40,965 nucleotides of DNA from Thermodesulfobacteriota bacterium (GTDB taxonomy: Bacteria > Desulfobacterota > Desulfobulbia > Desulfobulbales > DAOVYS01): positions 1 through 40,965 of the forward strand of contig JAYEJK010000148.1 of NCBI GenBank assembly GCA_034660535.1, given 5' to 3'. The notes under the pieces were generated by a model. The model saw only the letters and a program-made list of their open reading frames with translations. It had not been told where the DNA came from and did not search any database. The number at the start of each line of letters is the position of its first letter. Position 1 is the first letter of the stretch. Of this stretch, positions 17,168-25,087 are shown piece by piece. The position numbers and the translations under genes were made by a program.

Positions 17168-18099
17168 TTTCAGACCGCTATGCCCGGCTTGTCCGTGAAC
17201 TCGTCCTTTTCGACGAAATTCCGGCAAGAACCCGTTATCTTCCGCCAAAAACCGTACAGGAAATATTCAGGTACGGCGCTACAGTAGCCACTACAATCCA
17301 CAAATTTGAAAATCTTACAAGGTGCATGGACCACGCCCGCTTACTGATTCGGGACTACGAGGAAAAGGGACTCTCGTTCCCGTGCGGAATGGTGATAATG
17401 GCAGATAAACTGACCGGAAGCACGGGCCGGTTCGGGCGTTACTGGCATGCTCCCAGGGGAGGGTTGTGGATGACCCTGGTTTTTGTCAATACACTTCTTC
17501 CGGGAAATAAAGGGATTATCCCCTTGGCAGCAGGGGTTGCGTGCTGCGAAACAATCCGTGAATACGGGATTTACGCACACGTCAAATGGGTCAATGATGT
17601 TCTTGCAGGTGGTAAAAAAGTTGCCGGGATCCTGACCGAGACCATGACAGGCCCCAGGTATGGCGAAGAGTATATCCTTGTCGGCATCGGAATTAATGTG
17701 AACAATGATTCTTTCCCGGACGAGTTGGCCCCCCTCGCCGTTTCCATGAAAAGCATCCTGAAAAAAGAGCTGGATATTAACATGGTTGCCGCACGTCTGT
17801 TTGCGAAACTCTCCTGGAATATGGGTATCTTGCATTACGAAGACAGACTGTGCCTGGAACACATAACACCTTATGAGCAGGAAAATAAAAAGGAGCATAT
17901 GCTCTTAAAACAGTGGCGCTCCTTAAACAACACAATCGGCCGAAAGGTTCGTTTTGCCTATAACCTTGAAAAAGGCCCGGCGTACGAGGCGAATGTAGAA
18001 GATCTGGATGCAAAAGGCGGCCTGATACTCAGGCTGGTGGAAAATGAAAGAATTGTAGTGGAAAAATCGGGTGAAATTTTTTATTTGGATGACAAATAA
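17158..18099 (+). CDS. birA: Biotin--protein ligase (BirA-type catalytic domain, no obvious N-terminal HTH)
   Basis: ...GSTGRFGRYWHAPRGGLWMTLVF... matches the GRGRxGRxWxSPxGxL signature. ...KWVNDVLAGGKKVAGILTE... matches the KWPND..-type motif. It overlaps the previous gene by 10 nt. Confidence 0.85.
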   Translation: MALISDRYARLVRELVLFDEIPARTRYLPPKTVQEIFRYGATVATTIHKFENLTRCMDHARLLIRDYEEKGLSFPCGMVIMADKLTGSTGRFGRYWHAPRGGLWMTLVFVNTLLPGNKGIIPLAAGVACCETIREYGIYAHVKWVNDVLAGGKKVAGILTETMTGPRYGEEYILVGIGINVNNDSFPDELAPLAVSMKSILKKELDINMVAARLFAKLSWNMGILHYEDRLCLEHITPYEQENKKEHMLLKQWRSLNNTIGRKVRFAYNLEKGPAYEANVEDLDAKGGLILRLVENERIVVEKSGEIFYLDDK

Positions 18100-18306
18100 T
18101 CATTTTCTTTGTGTCATTCCCGTGAGGCTGAAATGATACGGTAAATATTTGAAAAACCAAATGGAGGCGGAGGGAAAGAATGGGGGTGTTTTTTTAAAAA
18201 AGAGTTTACCTCAGTATTTATTTATGGTATCCAGCAAATCATAATCATGCTCCAAGTTTGGCCAAGAAGGCTAAACATCAGCAACGTAGAAAAAAATAGG
18301 ATAATA

Positions 18307-18368
18307 TAAAAAAAGGCCATGAAGGCTTAAAAGGGGAATAATCCCTTTAAGCCTTCATGGCCTTTTTC
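18307..18368. terminator. Bidirectional rho-independent terminator-like hairpin
   Basis: AAAAAAAGGCCATGAAGGCTTAAAAGGGG-AATAA-TCCCTTTAAGCCTTCATGGCCTTTTT. The core stem is 17 bp perfect, preceded by an A-run and followed by a T-run. It lies downstream of birA. Confidence 0.7.
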
Positions 18369-18437
18369 AGTTTTGAAGCCACGAAGGTTTCCGTAATGGT
18401 CGTAAGACCGGACAACCTTTGCGGCTTTTCGTTTTAA

Positions 18438-18520
18438 TACCTTAGAAAATATTTTCGTAAAGGTACTTAGGGTCTGGAAAGAGTCCAGGACCTTTAAAAA
18501 TTCCAGTTTATCCGGGTTAG
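18438..18520. mobile_element. Family-2 small mobile element, internally deleted copy A (83 bp)
   Basis: It shares the left end TACCTTAG and the right end TCCAGGACCTTTAAAAATTCCAGTTTATC[C/T]GGGTTAG with copies at 30830..30957 and 40006..40187. It lacks the internal roughly 70 nt. It carries a 14-nt insert, GGGTCTGGAAAGAG, after ...GGTACTTA. Confidence 0.7.
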
Positions 18521-18533
18521 GAGGGTGCTTGAA

Positions 18534-19448
18534 ATGGAACAGGTGTTACGATCAATCGGCAGCGGACAGGTAGAATGGATTCAGCGTGCCGTACACGTGG
18601 AGTACGATAACGGGAATCAACGGCCAATCGGATTTTCGTTCAACGGACAATGCAACCAGGTGATCAAGTTACTCGGGACATTCAAGGGTGATCTGTCTCC
18701 CGAGGATATTACGTACTTGGTAAAGACTGCGGATGGGAACGTCTACCACCTCTGCCTTCATCTTATTGATCCCGATCAACGATATACCCGGTCTTCTATT
18801 AGATGGACCCTCGTGTTTCGAGTATTAAAAGAGGGATCAAGTATAGTTCCGCCTCTCTGGAAGTCACCTATCCATATGCGCCTGAATGGAATAGCCGATT
18901 TTCACGGGGATTTTTGTCCTGAATTGCTTCTTGGCTGCAAGGCGTGTCACATAGCCCTCAGACTTCTGCCGGAATTAAATACCTCAAGGGATCTCATAGT
19001 TATTGCGGAAAACAACAGCAGCCCTGCGTTAGATGCTATACAGTTTATATTGGGCTGTACCATAGGGAATGGGAGGCTCAGGACAATTGATAACAACCGG
19101 CATATTTATCTATTTACATCAGGGGTAGGTGGATACGGGGTGAAGCTTTCTTTAAAAGAAATCTGTTTTAACGACGAGGATCGCTTCAACGAATTTGAAA
19201 AAAAAGTTGTCGGGAGAGATGCCACACTTAATGATGCGACCTCCTATCAGAAACTTTTAGATGATAGGGTGGCGAAACTTATGGATCTGGATAACGAGGA
19301 AGTATTTGCAGTTGAAAATGTTCGCAAGTGTTTTGTGTGCAACAATTTTGTAACGGAATCTCTGGTTCACGAAAATTACGATTTCCCCATGTGTACACTC
19401 TGCCTGTCGAATATGCCTGGAAACAATTCAGATGTGGCATATCAATAA
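18534..19448 (+). CDS. FmdE-family protein with an approximately 110-aa N-terminal extension and a C-terminal Zn ribbon
   Basis: ...GIADFHGDFCPELLLGCKA... matches the FmdE pattern fHGH.CPgl.iG. The C-terminal segment is CFVCNN...CTLC. The ATG at 18534 is preceded by AGGAGG (18519..18524). The ORF track starts at GTG 18525. Confidence 0.7.
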   Translation: MEQVLRSIGSGQVEWIQRAVHVEYDNGNQRPIGFSFNGQCNQVIKLLGTFKGDLSPEDITYLVKTADGNVYHLCLHLIDPDQRYTRSSIRWTLVFRVLKEGSSIVPPLWKSPIHMRLNGIADFHGDFCPELLLGCKACHIALRLLPELNTSRDLIVIAENNSSPALDAIQFILGCTIGNGRLRTIDNNRHIYLFTSGVGGYGVKLSLKEICFNDEDRFNEFEKKVVGRDATLNDATSYQKLLDDRVAKLMDLDNEEVFAVENVRKCFVCNNFVTESLVHENYDFPMCTLCLSNMPGNNSDVAYQ

Positions 19449-19534
19449 GCGACCGGCAATCGCATGTAAAGGGTCTGATTTTTAAAAGAATCTGCGTAAT
19501 CTGTGGATTAAAAATGAGCTGTGAGGAGGACAGG

Positions 19535-19720
19535 ATGAGCGAAAAAGTAACAAGGAGTTGTCCCAACTGTAAGACTGAAATCACGGTTGCCTTTAAAGGA
19601 GGACCGTTGGGGGAAGGTGTGATCAAGGAGTGCCCGGACTGTAAGTCCCCTATCCTTTTCTGCCCTGAAGGATACATTCTTCAGGCAGTGACCCCGTTTG
19701 TAAGCCGCAAACAGAATTAG
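19535..19720 (+). CDS. Small zinc-ribbon protein (61 aa)
   Basis: MSEKVTRSCPNCKTEITVAFKGGPLGEGVIKECPDCKSPILFCPEGY... has a CxxC...CxxC arrangement. A strong SD, GAGGAGGACAGG, lies directly upstream of this ATG. The longer ORF 19328..19720 overlaps the FmdE gene. Confidence 0.6.
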   Translation: MSEKVTRSCPNCKTEITVAFKGGPLGEGVIKECPDCKSPILFCPEGYILQAVTPFVSRKQN

Positions 19721-19742
19721 CCGGAATTTTCCACGGATAATT

Positions 19743-19786
19743 CGTAATCGTTCACAGACTACCTCAGAAGTCTGTGAACGATTACG
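19743..19786. repeat. Perfect 17-bp palindrome carrying the family-4 arm motif
   Basis: CGTAATCGTTCACAGAC-tacctcagaa-GTCTGTGAACGATTACG. It sits immediately after the Zn-ribbon gene stop. Confidence 0.8.
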
Positions 19787-19815
19787 AAGATTCTGTTGAT
19801 TCATTGGATATACAA

Positions 19816-20298
19816 ATGAAACTCATCATATTGTGGTTGGGTGTCACTATCGGCTTGTCGGCAATGGCGGAGGATGTGTGGTCTCACGGTGTGCTCGGAA
19901 GAATCAGTTCGGAAGAAGGACTTCTCGTCGAAGCTGAGTATGATGATGGTGAGCCCATGAGTTATTCGAGCGTTGAAATATTCGATTCAGAGGAAAAGAT
20001 TCCCTTTCAATCAGGAAGAACCGATAGAAATGGAAGGTTTATTTTTTATCCGGATAAGATGGGGAACTGGAAAGTTGTTGTTAATGATGGAATAGGTCAT
20101 CGCCTCGCATTGGAGACAAACATTGACAAGACACTCAATCTCAACAAAACCGGACAACAGGCTGAAAGTATAAAACAAGGTTCCCTTTCCAGATACGAAA
20201 GGGCGCTTATGGGCATCTCCATCATCTTTGGAATTTCCGGGATTTTCTTTTGGTGGAGAGGTAGGAGAATTTATAGAAGAAATAAAGAGGAAATCTAA
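19816..20298 (+). CDS. Secreted transthyretin/carboxypeptidase-regulatory-like domain protein with a C-terminal TM anchor
   Basis: The signal peptide is MKLIILWLGVTIGLSAMA. A beta-rich domain follows: ...SGRTDRNGRFIFYPDKMGNWKVVVNDGIGH... The C-terminal helix is GISIIFGISGIFFWW. The start is set at ATG 19816, because GTG 19774 lies inside the palindrome. Confidence 0.55.
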   Translation: MKLIILWLGVTIGLSAMAEDVWSHGVLGRISSEEGLLVEAEYDDGEPMSYSSVEIFDSEEKIPFQSGRTDRNGRFIFYPDKMGNWKVVVNDGIGHRLALETNIDKTLNLNKTGQQAESIKQGSLSRYERALMGISIIFGISGIFFWWRGRRIYRRNKEEI

Positions 20299-20312
20299 AG
20301 ATAAGGAGATAA

Positions 20313-20493
20313 GGGTCTGGAAAGAAATAACTTGGGTAATTCCGATCCGAAATGTGTTGCAGATTTAGTCGGTTTGATATTCACGAAACCGCAAGCGTAG
20401 CAGGGCTACGGTGAGGATTTCGGGGATGTCAAACCGGCTAAAGGTGTGATACAGTTCGGAAACGGAAAATCCAAGTTATTTCTTTCCAGACCC
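20313..20493. mobile_element. MITE-like element, family 1 (variant b), 181 bp, copy 2 (inverted relative to copy 1)
   Basis: It is the exact reverse complement of 1007..1187 by manual comparison. It is flanked by a direct TAA (20310..20312 and 20494..20496). Confidence 0.85.
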
Positions 20494-20594
20494 TAAGTCT
20501 GAAGCCTTGGTCCAGCCTGCGCGTGACAATAGCTTTGACAGGAAACCGGCTACCAAGAAATCCGGGCCAAGATCCCAGGATTAAGGGGCTAGCA

Positions 20595-20837
20595 ATGGAC
20601 ACAAAACAGGACAGAGGTTGTCCCTATTTCAATAAACCAATGAAAGATTGTTATTGTCTTGTTTTCAACTCCCTCACTATTCCGTTAATTGTACAGCACT
20701 GCTTCAAAGATTACGAGAAATGTCCTCATTATAAACAGGCGGTCTTGATGAATTCAAAGCAAGAAGTTCCAAAAAATAGCGCCGATTTCTGCGTTATGTG
20801 CCGTGAAACAAATACCCTTGGGGTGTTCAAAAAATAA
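20595..20837 (+). CDS. Small Cys-rich hypothetical protein (80 aa)
   Basis: MDTKQDRGCPYFNKPMKDCYCLVFN...QHCFKDYEKCPHYKQ...FCVMCRE. It has 9 Cys and a GGGG SD-like element 7 nt upstream. No family was recognised. Confidence 0.4.
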   Translation: MDTKQDRGCPYFNKPMKDCYCLVFNSLTIPLIVQHCFKDYEKCPHYKQAVLMNSKQEVPKNSADFCVMCRETNTLGVFKK

Positions 20838-20853
20838 TCCTCATAATCATTTT

Positions 20854-21612
20854 TTAAGAATGACTATGGTTTTTACTCGTCAGCAATGCCGCACCCAGAG
20901 CACCGACCATCTGGGGACTTTCAGGTATGAGAATATTTGTGTCAAGCATACTTTCAAGCAAGTTTCGCATGCATGGATTCAATGCCACTCCCCCGGCAAA
21001 GAGGATTGGTTTTTTAACCGAGACCCTTTTCAGCATCCCGGCCGCACGACGCACAACAGAGTGGTGCAGGCCCAAGGCGATATCTTGACGGGATTCCCCT
21101 TTAGCCAGAAGGGAGGTTGCCTCGGATTCAGCAAATACGGTGCACATGCTGTTGATCCTGATATCACCGGTCGACCGGAGCGCCTCTGTACCGAATTGAT
21201 CTAATCTATAGCCAAGTGTCTGGGCCATGATCTCAAGAAATTTCCCGGTCCCTGCGGCACAACGATCGTTCATCTCGAACTTGACGACTCTGCCTGCATC
21301 ATTAAGCGCAATAGCCTTGGAATCCTGCCCGCCTATGTCCAGAATAGTTCTGGTATCAGGGAAGAGGGCCCTGGCGCCCACGGCATAGGCCTTGATCTCC
21401 GTGACTGTGGGCGTGTCAAATGAGAGTTCAAAGAGGTGTCTTCCATACCCGGTTGCCGTAATCCGGTCATACTTAACCTGCTCAAGCAGTTCTCCGGCAT
21501 GCAGAATGGGATCAAACCCGGTGTCCGCCTGTAGAAAATCTACAACTTCAGACCCTTTTAATACGACTAGTTCTATAGAACGGGAACCTATGTCAATACC
21601 TGCAAAATGCAT
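20854..21612 (-). CDS. BcrAD/BadFG-type ATPase (activase for 2-hydroxyacyl-CoA dehydratase / double-cubane reductases)
   Basis: MHFAGIDIGSRSIELVVL... is the ASKHA fold. ...NDRCAAGTGKFLE... carries the cluster-bridging Cys motif. ...FAGGVALN... is also present. Confidence 0.85.
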   Translation of the reverse strand: MHFAGIDIGSRSIELVVLKGSEVVDFLQADTGFDPILHAGELLEQVKYDRITATGYGRHLFELSFDTPTVTEIKAYAVGARALFPDTRTILDIGGQDSKAIALNDAGRVVKFEMNDRCAAGTGKFLEIMAQTLGYRLDQFGTEALRSTGDIRINSMCTVFAESEATSLLAKGESRQDIALGLHHSVVRRAAGMLKRVSVKKPILFAGGVALNPCMRNLLESMLDTNILIPESPQMVGALGAALLTSKNHSHS

Positions 21613-21623
21613 GAAACAAGTCC

Positions 21624-22901
21624 TTATTGTAGTAATTCTATAAAAGCCTCTACCCTGGTCTTTAACTGCCCGACATCTTCCATGCTGTAATCCGTATCGA
21701 TCCGGAGTATGGGGATGTTTTCCGCTTCAAGGATTTTTTCCACGCCCATTGCTTCTGTGAGATAAGGCTGACAGAATTGGAGACCATAATGTATCACACC
21801 GTCTGCTCCATAGGCATCGACCATCTCGCGGATATGATTGAGCCGATCAGGATTGGGAGTAAAGATGGCACAGTCGACCTTAAAGTGTCGATCCACAATT
21901 GCATCCATGAGTTCTTCCACTGTTTCTCCCGTATCATCGGTCAGATTGCGCGTCCCCCGCTCGCCAACGCAGGATTCCTCCCCCACGACAACAGCTCCGG
22001 AGGTCTCAATTATCCATGGCAGTTTCCAGTTAGGAACAGCCATTGGACAGCCCGAAATCAGGATTCTCGGGGTTCCCTTGGGGAAGACGCCTTTGTTGAT
22101 TGCGATTCGATTTTCAAGTTCATCACAGATATTATTGACCGATTCGGTAAATCGGGCCACATCATCATAAAAAAAGACCTGGTTGGCCAATAATGCATCC
22201 AGGCCGGAAATCGGAGCAGGGTCAGCCTTGCGTAATTCGCTGAGTCTGTGCATGGCCTTTCTTTTATTATTGACGATTTCGATCCCTTTCCTGAGCCTGG
22301 ACGCATCAATGGATACTCCTGTGAGTTTTTCCACCGCATCTTTGAATCGTTGGTATTCCGCCCTGAGAAGGGCTCTTCCTTCCTCTGATTTCATCTGAGG
22401 CAGGTCCATAACATAGAAATTTGGAACAAGGTCCTTGAGTATCTCATGGGATTTTTTTTTGCCGTCACAGGTGTTCTCTCCTACGATCATGTCGGACGCT
22501 TCGACAAAAGGACAGACCTTGCCCAGCTTAAACCCGAAGGCGGATTTAATCAGGGAACAGGTGTTGCGGGGCAGAAGTTTTTCCACCTCGTCCATGGCAA
22601 AATCAGCGCCTGCGCAGAGCCCCACAATCGTGGCATCTGCTGCGCGTACGATCTCCTCCGGCACAAAGACGCAGAATGCTCCGATGACTTTTCTGCCGGC
22701 CTCTTTCTCATCCAACAATTCCTTAATGCGCAGGCCATGCACCTCGCTCATAACAAAGTCAAAGTAGCCCATGCCGTCAGGGCGATCCTTCTGTGCAAGA
22801 TATATATCCTGATACCCTTTCCCCAGGACTTCAAGCAAGGCATCGTGCGCCCCAAGGTCCATGCCCAGATTTTTCCACATGTTTCTGTAATCTTCGCTCA
22901 T
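21624..22901 (-). CDS. 2-hydroxyacyl-CoA-dehydratase-family protein, double-cubane-cluster reductase (DCCP/YjiM)-like
   Basis: About 425 aa. Family-typical Cys segments are ...GAFCVFVPEEIV..., ...NTCSLIKS..., ...GENTCDGKKK... and ...ISGCPMA... It is adjacent to the activase. The likely start is ATG 22901, preceded by GAGGTG. The ORF-track GTG at 22913 abuts the selB stop. Confidence 0.75.
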   Translation of the reverse strand: MSEDYRNMWKNLGMDLGAHDALLEVLGKGYQDIYLAQKDRPDGMGYFDFVMSEVHGLRIKELLDEKEAGRKVIGAFCVFVPEEIVRAADATIVGLCAGADFAMDEVEKLLPRNTCSLIKSAFGFKLGKVCPFVEASDMIVGENTCDGKKKSHEILKDLVPNFYVMDLPQMKSEEGRALLRAEYQRFKDAVEKLTGVSIDASRLRKGIEIVNNKRKAMHRLSELRKADPAPISGLDALLANQVFFYDDVARFTESVNNICDELENRIAINKGVFPKGTPRILISGCPMAVPNWKLPWIIETSGAVVVGEESCVGERGTRNLTDDTGETVEELMDAIVDRHFKVDCAIFTPNPDRLNHIREMVDAYGADGVIHYGLQFCQPYLTEAMGVEKILEAENIPILRIDTDYSMEDVGQLKTRVEAFIELLQ

Positions 22902-22914
22902 TTTTTTATGCACC

Positions 22915-24837
22915 TCATTTGTCTTTATTTATCAATATCCGTTTATTTCCCTCTCTGCGGGTGAAATCGATAGAATCCAGATATTCAAGAACCGGGACCC
23001 CTACGGTCCTGCCATAGCCAAGGATCTCTTTGCTGTCCGAAAGGGTGAGACCTCCTTTTTGGATAATTGTTTTTCCAACCCTTGCCTTTATTTCCTCCAT
23101 GGCATCGGGAGACAGGAAACGCCTGTCATTCAGAAGAATCAGCCTTTGCTTGCCATGAAGGTGACTTAGTAATCTCTCGATTCTATTTTTCGGAATTTTC
23201 CCGTGATGGAGTTTCCAGATTGTATGTGCACTAAAAGGCGTAAGGCCCGAATTCCGTGCGTAATCCAGGCAGAATCTGACTAAAGACTCCTGTTCAACAC
23301 ATATTTTTGCCGCACTGTTCTTGCTGCGAAAACCGTTATGATTTTTTTCAAGCCTCCCTTCGTTTGAGAGTTCCGCCAGCATCCTCTGGACAAGGCGCTC
23401 GCCGGCTGAAAAGCGCAACAAATTTTTGATTTCCTGAGAATTAAGTGACAATTTCAGTGGATGTTTTGTTAATTCCTTTTCAATTAATGACGGCAAATCC
23501 TTTTTAAGCTTTTTATAATGATCACGTCTGAGGAACCCTTCCTCGCCAAAAGACAACAGCTCTCTCTTTTTGACCCTTTCCTCTATCTCTATATCGATTG
23601 CCCTCAAGGGGAAACCGGTATCCCTTGCAATATCCCGGGCTGTCACAAAATGGGCCCAGTGTCTTTGAAAAAGATAGTCAAGGAAAATGGCTGTATTGTT
23701 CTGCTTAAGGGCCTGCAGGTAAGGAATAGCCGTAGATGCTTTTGCATGCCTGTACTTTTCTCCAGTGGTCTCCAGAACAGTGCCTCCTCCGATGACTGTG
23801 TGTTTATTCAGCAGGCAGATCACAAAATGGTCTTTTGGAAGGGCAGCCACGGGCTTTATCAGCCGGAATTGCACCAACCCCTTTTCGCCGGGTGTCAGTT
23901 CTTCTTTTTCCATGATGACAACAAGCGCGTTGGTTACTGATGTCCCCAGGAATAGTTTCACCCTCTGCCGGTTTCTGACTCCTTTTTTCACGGTTTCGAG
24001 GATTTTGAGTTCCACATTGAGGAGATAGGGCGTATTCAAGGACTTAGGAGTTGCCAGGGCCATTCCCCTGCTTATTGCTTTAAGCGGGACCTTGTGAAGG
24101 TTTATTCCTACCCTTTGGCCGGTGGAGACCTGGCCGACTTTACGATGATGAACCTCGATAAAACGAGCCCGGGTCTCAATCCCGGATGGCAAAAGAGTAA
24201 GAGAATCATTTTGTTTCAAGGTTCCGGACAGGACTGTCCCGCTGACCACGGTTCCGAATCCTGTAGAACTACTGATACGATCAATCCAGAGCCGAAAGGG
24301 ATTATGAACGTCTTTATTCTCAGTGTCCTGCGAAATGGTGTCCAATTGTTCGAGAATGTTCTCAACGCCTCTCCGGTCTACTGCGGAAAAGGGAATTACC
24401 GGCCTATTCTCCAGAAAAGAGCCTTTTACCAGTTCACTGATTTCAAGCTCGGCAAGTTCCAGTGTTTCGCTGTCCACCAGATCCGCCTTGCTCAAAACAA
24501 TAAAACCTTTTTTCACTTTAAGAAAACGGAGGATTTCCATATGCTCTCCGGTCTGGGGCATGACTCCATCATCCGCGGCCACAACCAGGACGGCTGCATT
24601 AACACTGCTTAACCCTCTTATGGTGTTTTTTAGAAAATCGGTGTGTCCTGGAACATCCAACAAGGCCACCTGAATTCCTGAAGGAAGATCCAGAATGGCG
24701 ACGCCGCTTTCAATGGACAGACCACGCTGTTTTTCAAGTTGAAGACGATCCGTGTCAATGCCGGTCAAAGTCAGAACCAGGGCGGTCTTCCCGTGGTCCG
24801 CATGTCCGGCTGTTCCAATAGTAATGGATCTGTTCAT
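22915..24837 (-). CDS. selB: Selenocysteine-specific translation elongation factor SelB
   Basis: MNRSITIGTAGHADHGKTALVLTLTG... is the GTPase G1 motif and DVPGH is G3. The long C-terminal winged-helix region is present. It lies immediately downstream of tRNA-Sec. The start is set at ATG 24837, because the longer ORF-track start at 24891 overlaps the tRNA. Confidence 0.9.
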   Translation of the reverse strand: MNRSITIGTAGHADHGKTALVLTLTGIDTDRLQLEKQRGLSIESGVAILDLPSGIQVALLDVPGHTDFLKNTIRGLSSVNAAVLVVAADDGVMPQTGEHMEILRFLKVKKGFIVLSKADLVDSETLELAELEISELVKGSFLENRPVIPFSAVDRRGVENILEQLDTISQDTENKDVHNPFRLWIDRISSSTGFGTVVSGTVLSGTLKQNDSLTLLPSGIETRARFIEVHHRKVGQVSTGQRVGINLHKVPLKAISRGMALATPKSLNTPYLLNVELKILETVKKGVRNRQRVKLFLGTSVTNALVVIMEKEELTPGEKGLVQFRLIKPVAALPKDHFVICLLNKHTVIGGGTVLETTGEKYRHAKASTAIPYLQALKQNNTAIFLDYLFQRHWAHFVTARDIARDTGFPLRAIDIEIEERVKKRELLSFGEEGFLRRDHYKKLKKDLPSLIEKELTKHPLKLSLNSQEIKNLLRFSAGERLVQRMLAELSNEGRLEKNHNGFRSKNSAAKICVEQESLVRFCLDYARNSGLTPFSAHTIWKLHHGKIPKNRIERLLSHLHGKQRLILLNDRRFLSPDAMEEIKARVGKTIIQKGGLTLSDSKEILGYGRTVGVPVLEYLDSIDFTRREGNKRILINKDK

Positions 24838-24879
24838 GAGTCCGAGAGTAACTCCGTTTGTTAAAGGTTTGTTTACAAA

Positions 24880-24971
24880 TGGAGGGGGCAAGGGGAATCG
24901 AACCTCCTCCCGGTTTTGCAGACCGGGCCAACGGGTTTGAAGCCCGCGGGGCGCCCAGCACCATTGCCCCC
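24880..24971 (-). tRNA. selC: tRNA-Sec (anticodon UCA)
   Basis: The reverse complement is GGGGGCAATGGTGCTGGGCGCCCCGCGGGCTTCAAACCCGTTGGCCCGGTCTGCAAAACCGGGAGGAGGTTCGATTCCCCTTGCCCCCTCCA. It has an 8-bp acceptor stem (GGGGGCAA/TTGCCCCC), a CUUCAAA anticodon loop, a long variable arm, a GGTTCGATTCC T-arm and a CCA end. It is 92 nt long. Confidence 0.9.
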
Positions 24972-25087
24972 GAAAAACAGGGCCGTCTTAGTCATATCGG
25001 CCTTGCTGCAAAGGATAATACCTGGAAGTATTCCTTGTGAAAGGAGTTAAATATTGAGGATAGGCGGAGGATAGAGCGAAAAAGCCG

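Noticed and set aside
24755-25040. ORFs 24755..24964 (-), 24752..24940 (+), 24858..25040 (+), and the N-terminal 18 codons of the listed selB ORF
   Set aside because: All overlap the tRNA-Sec gene. selB has a canonical start (MNRSITIGTAGH...) at 24837.
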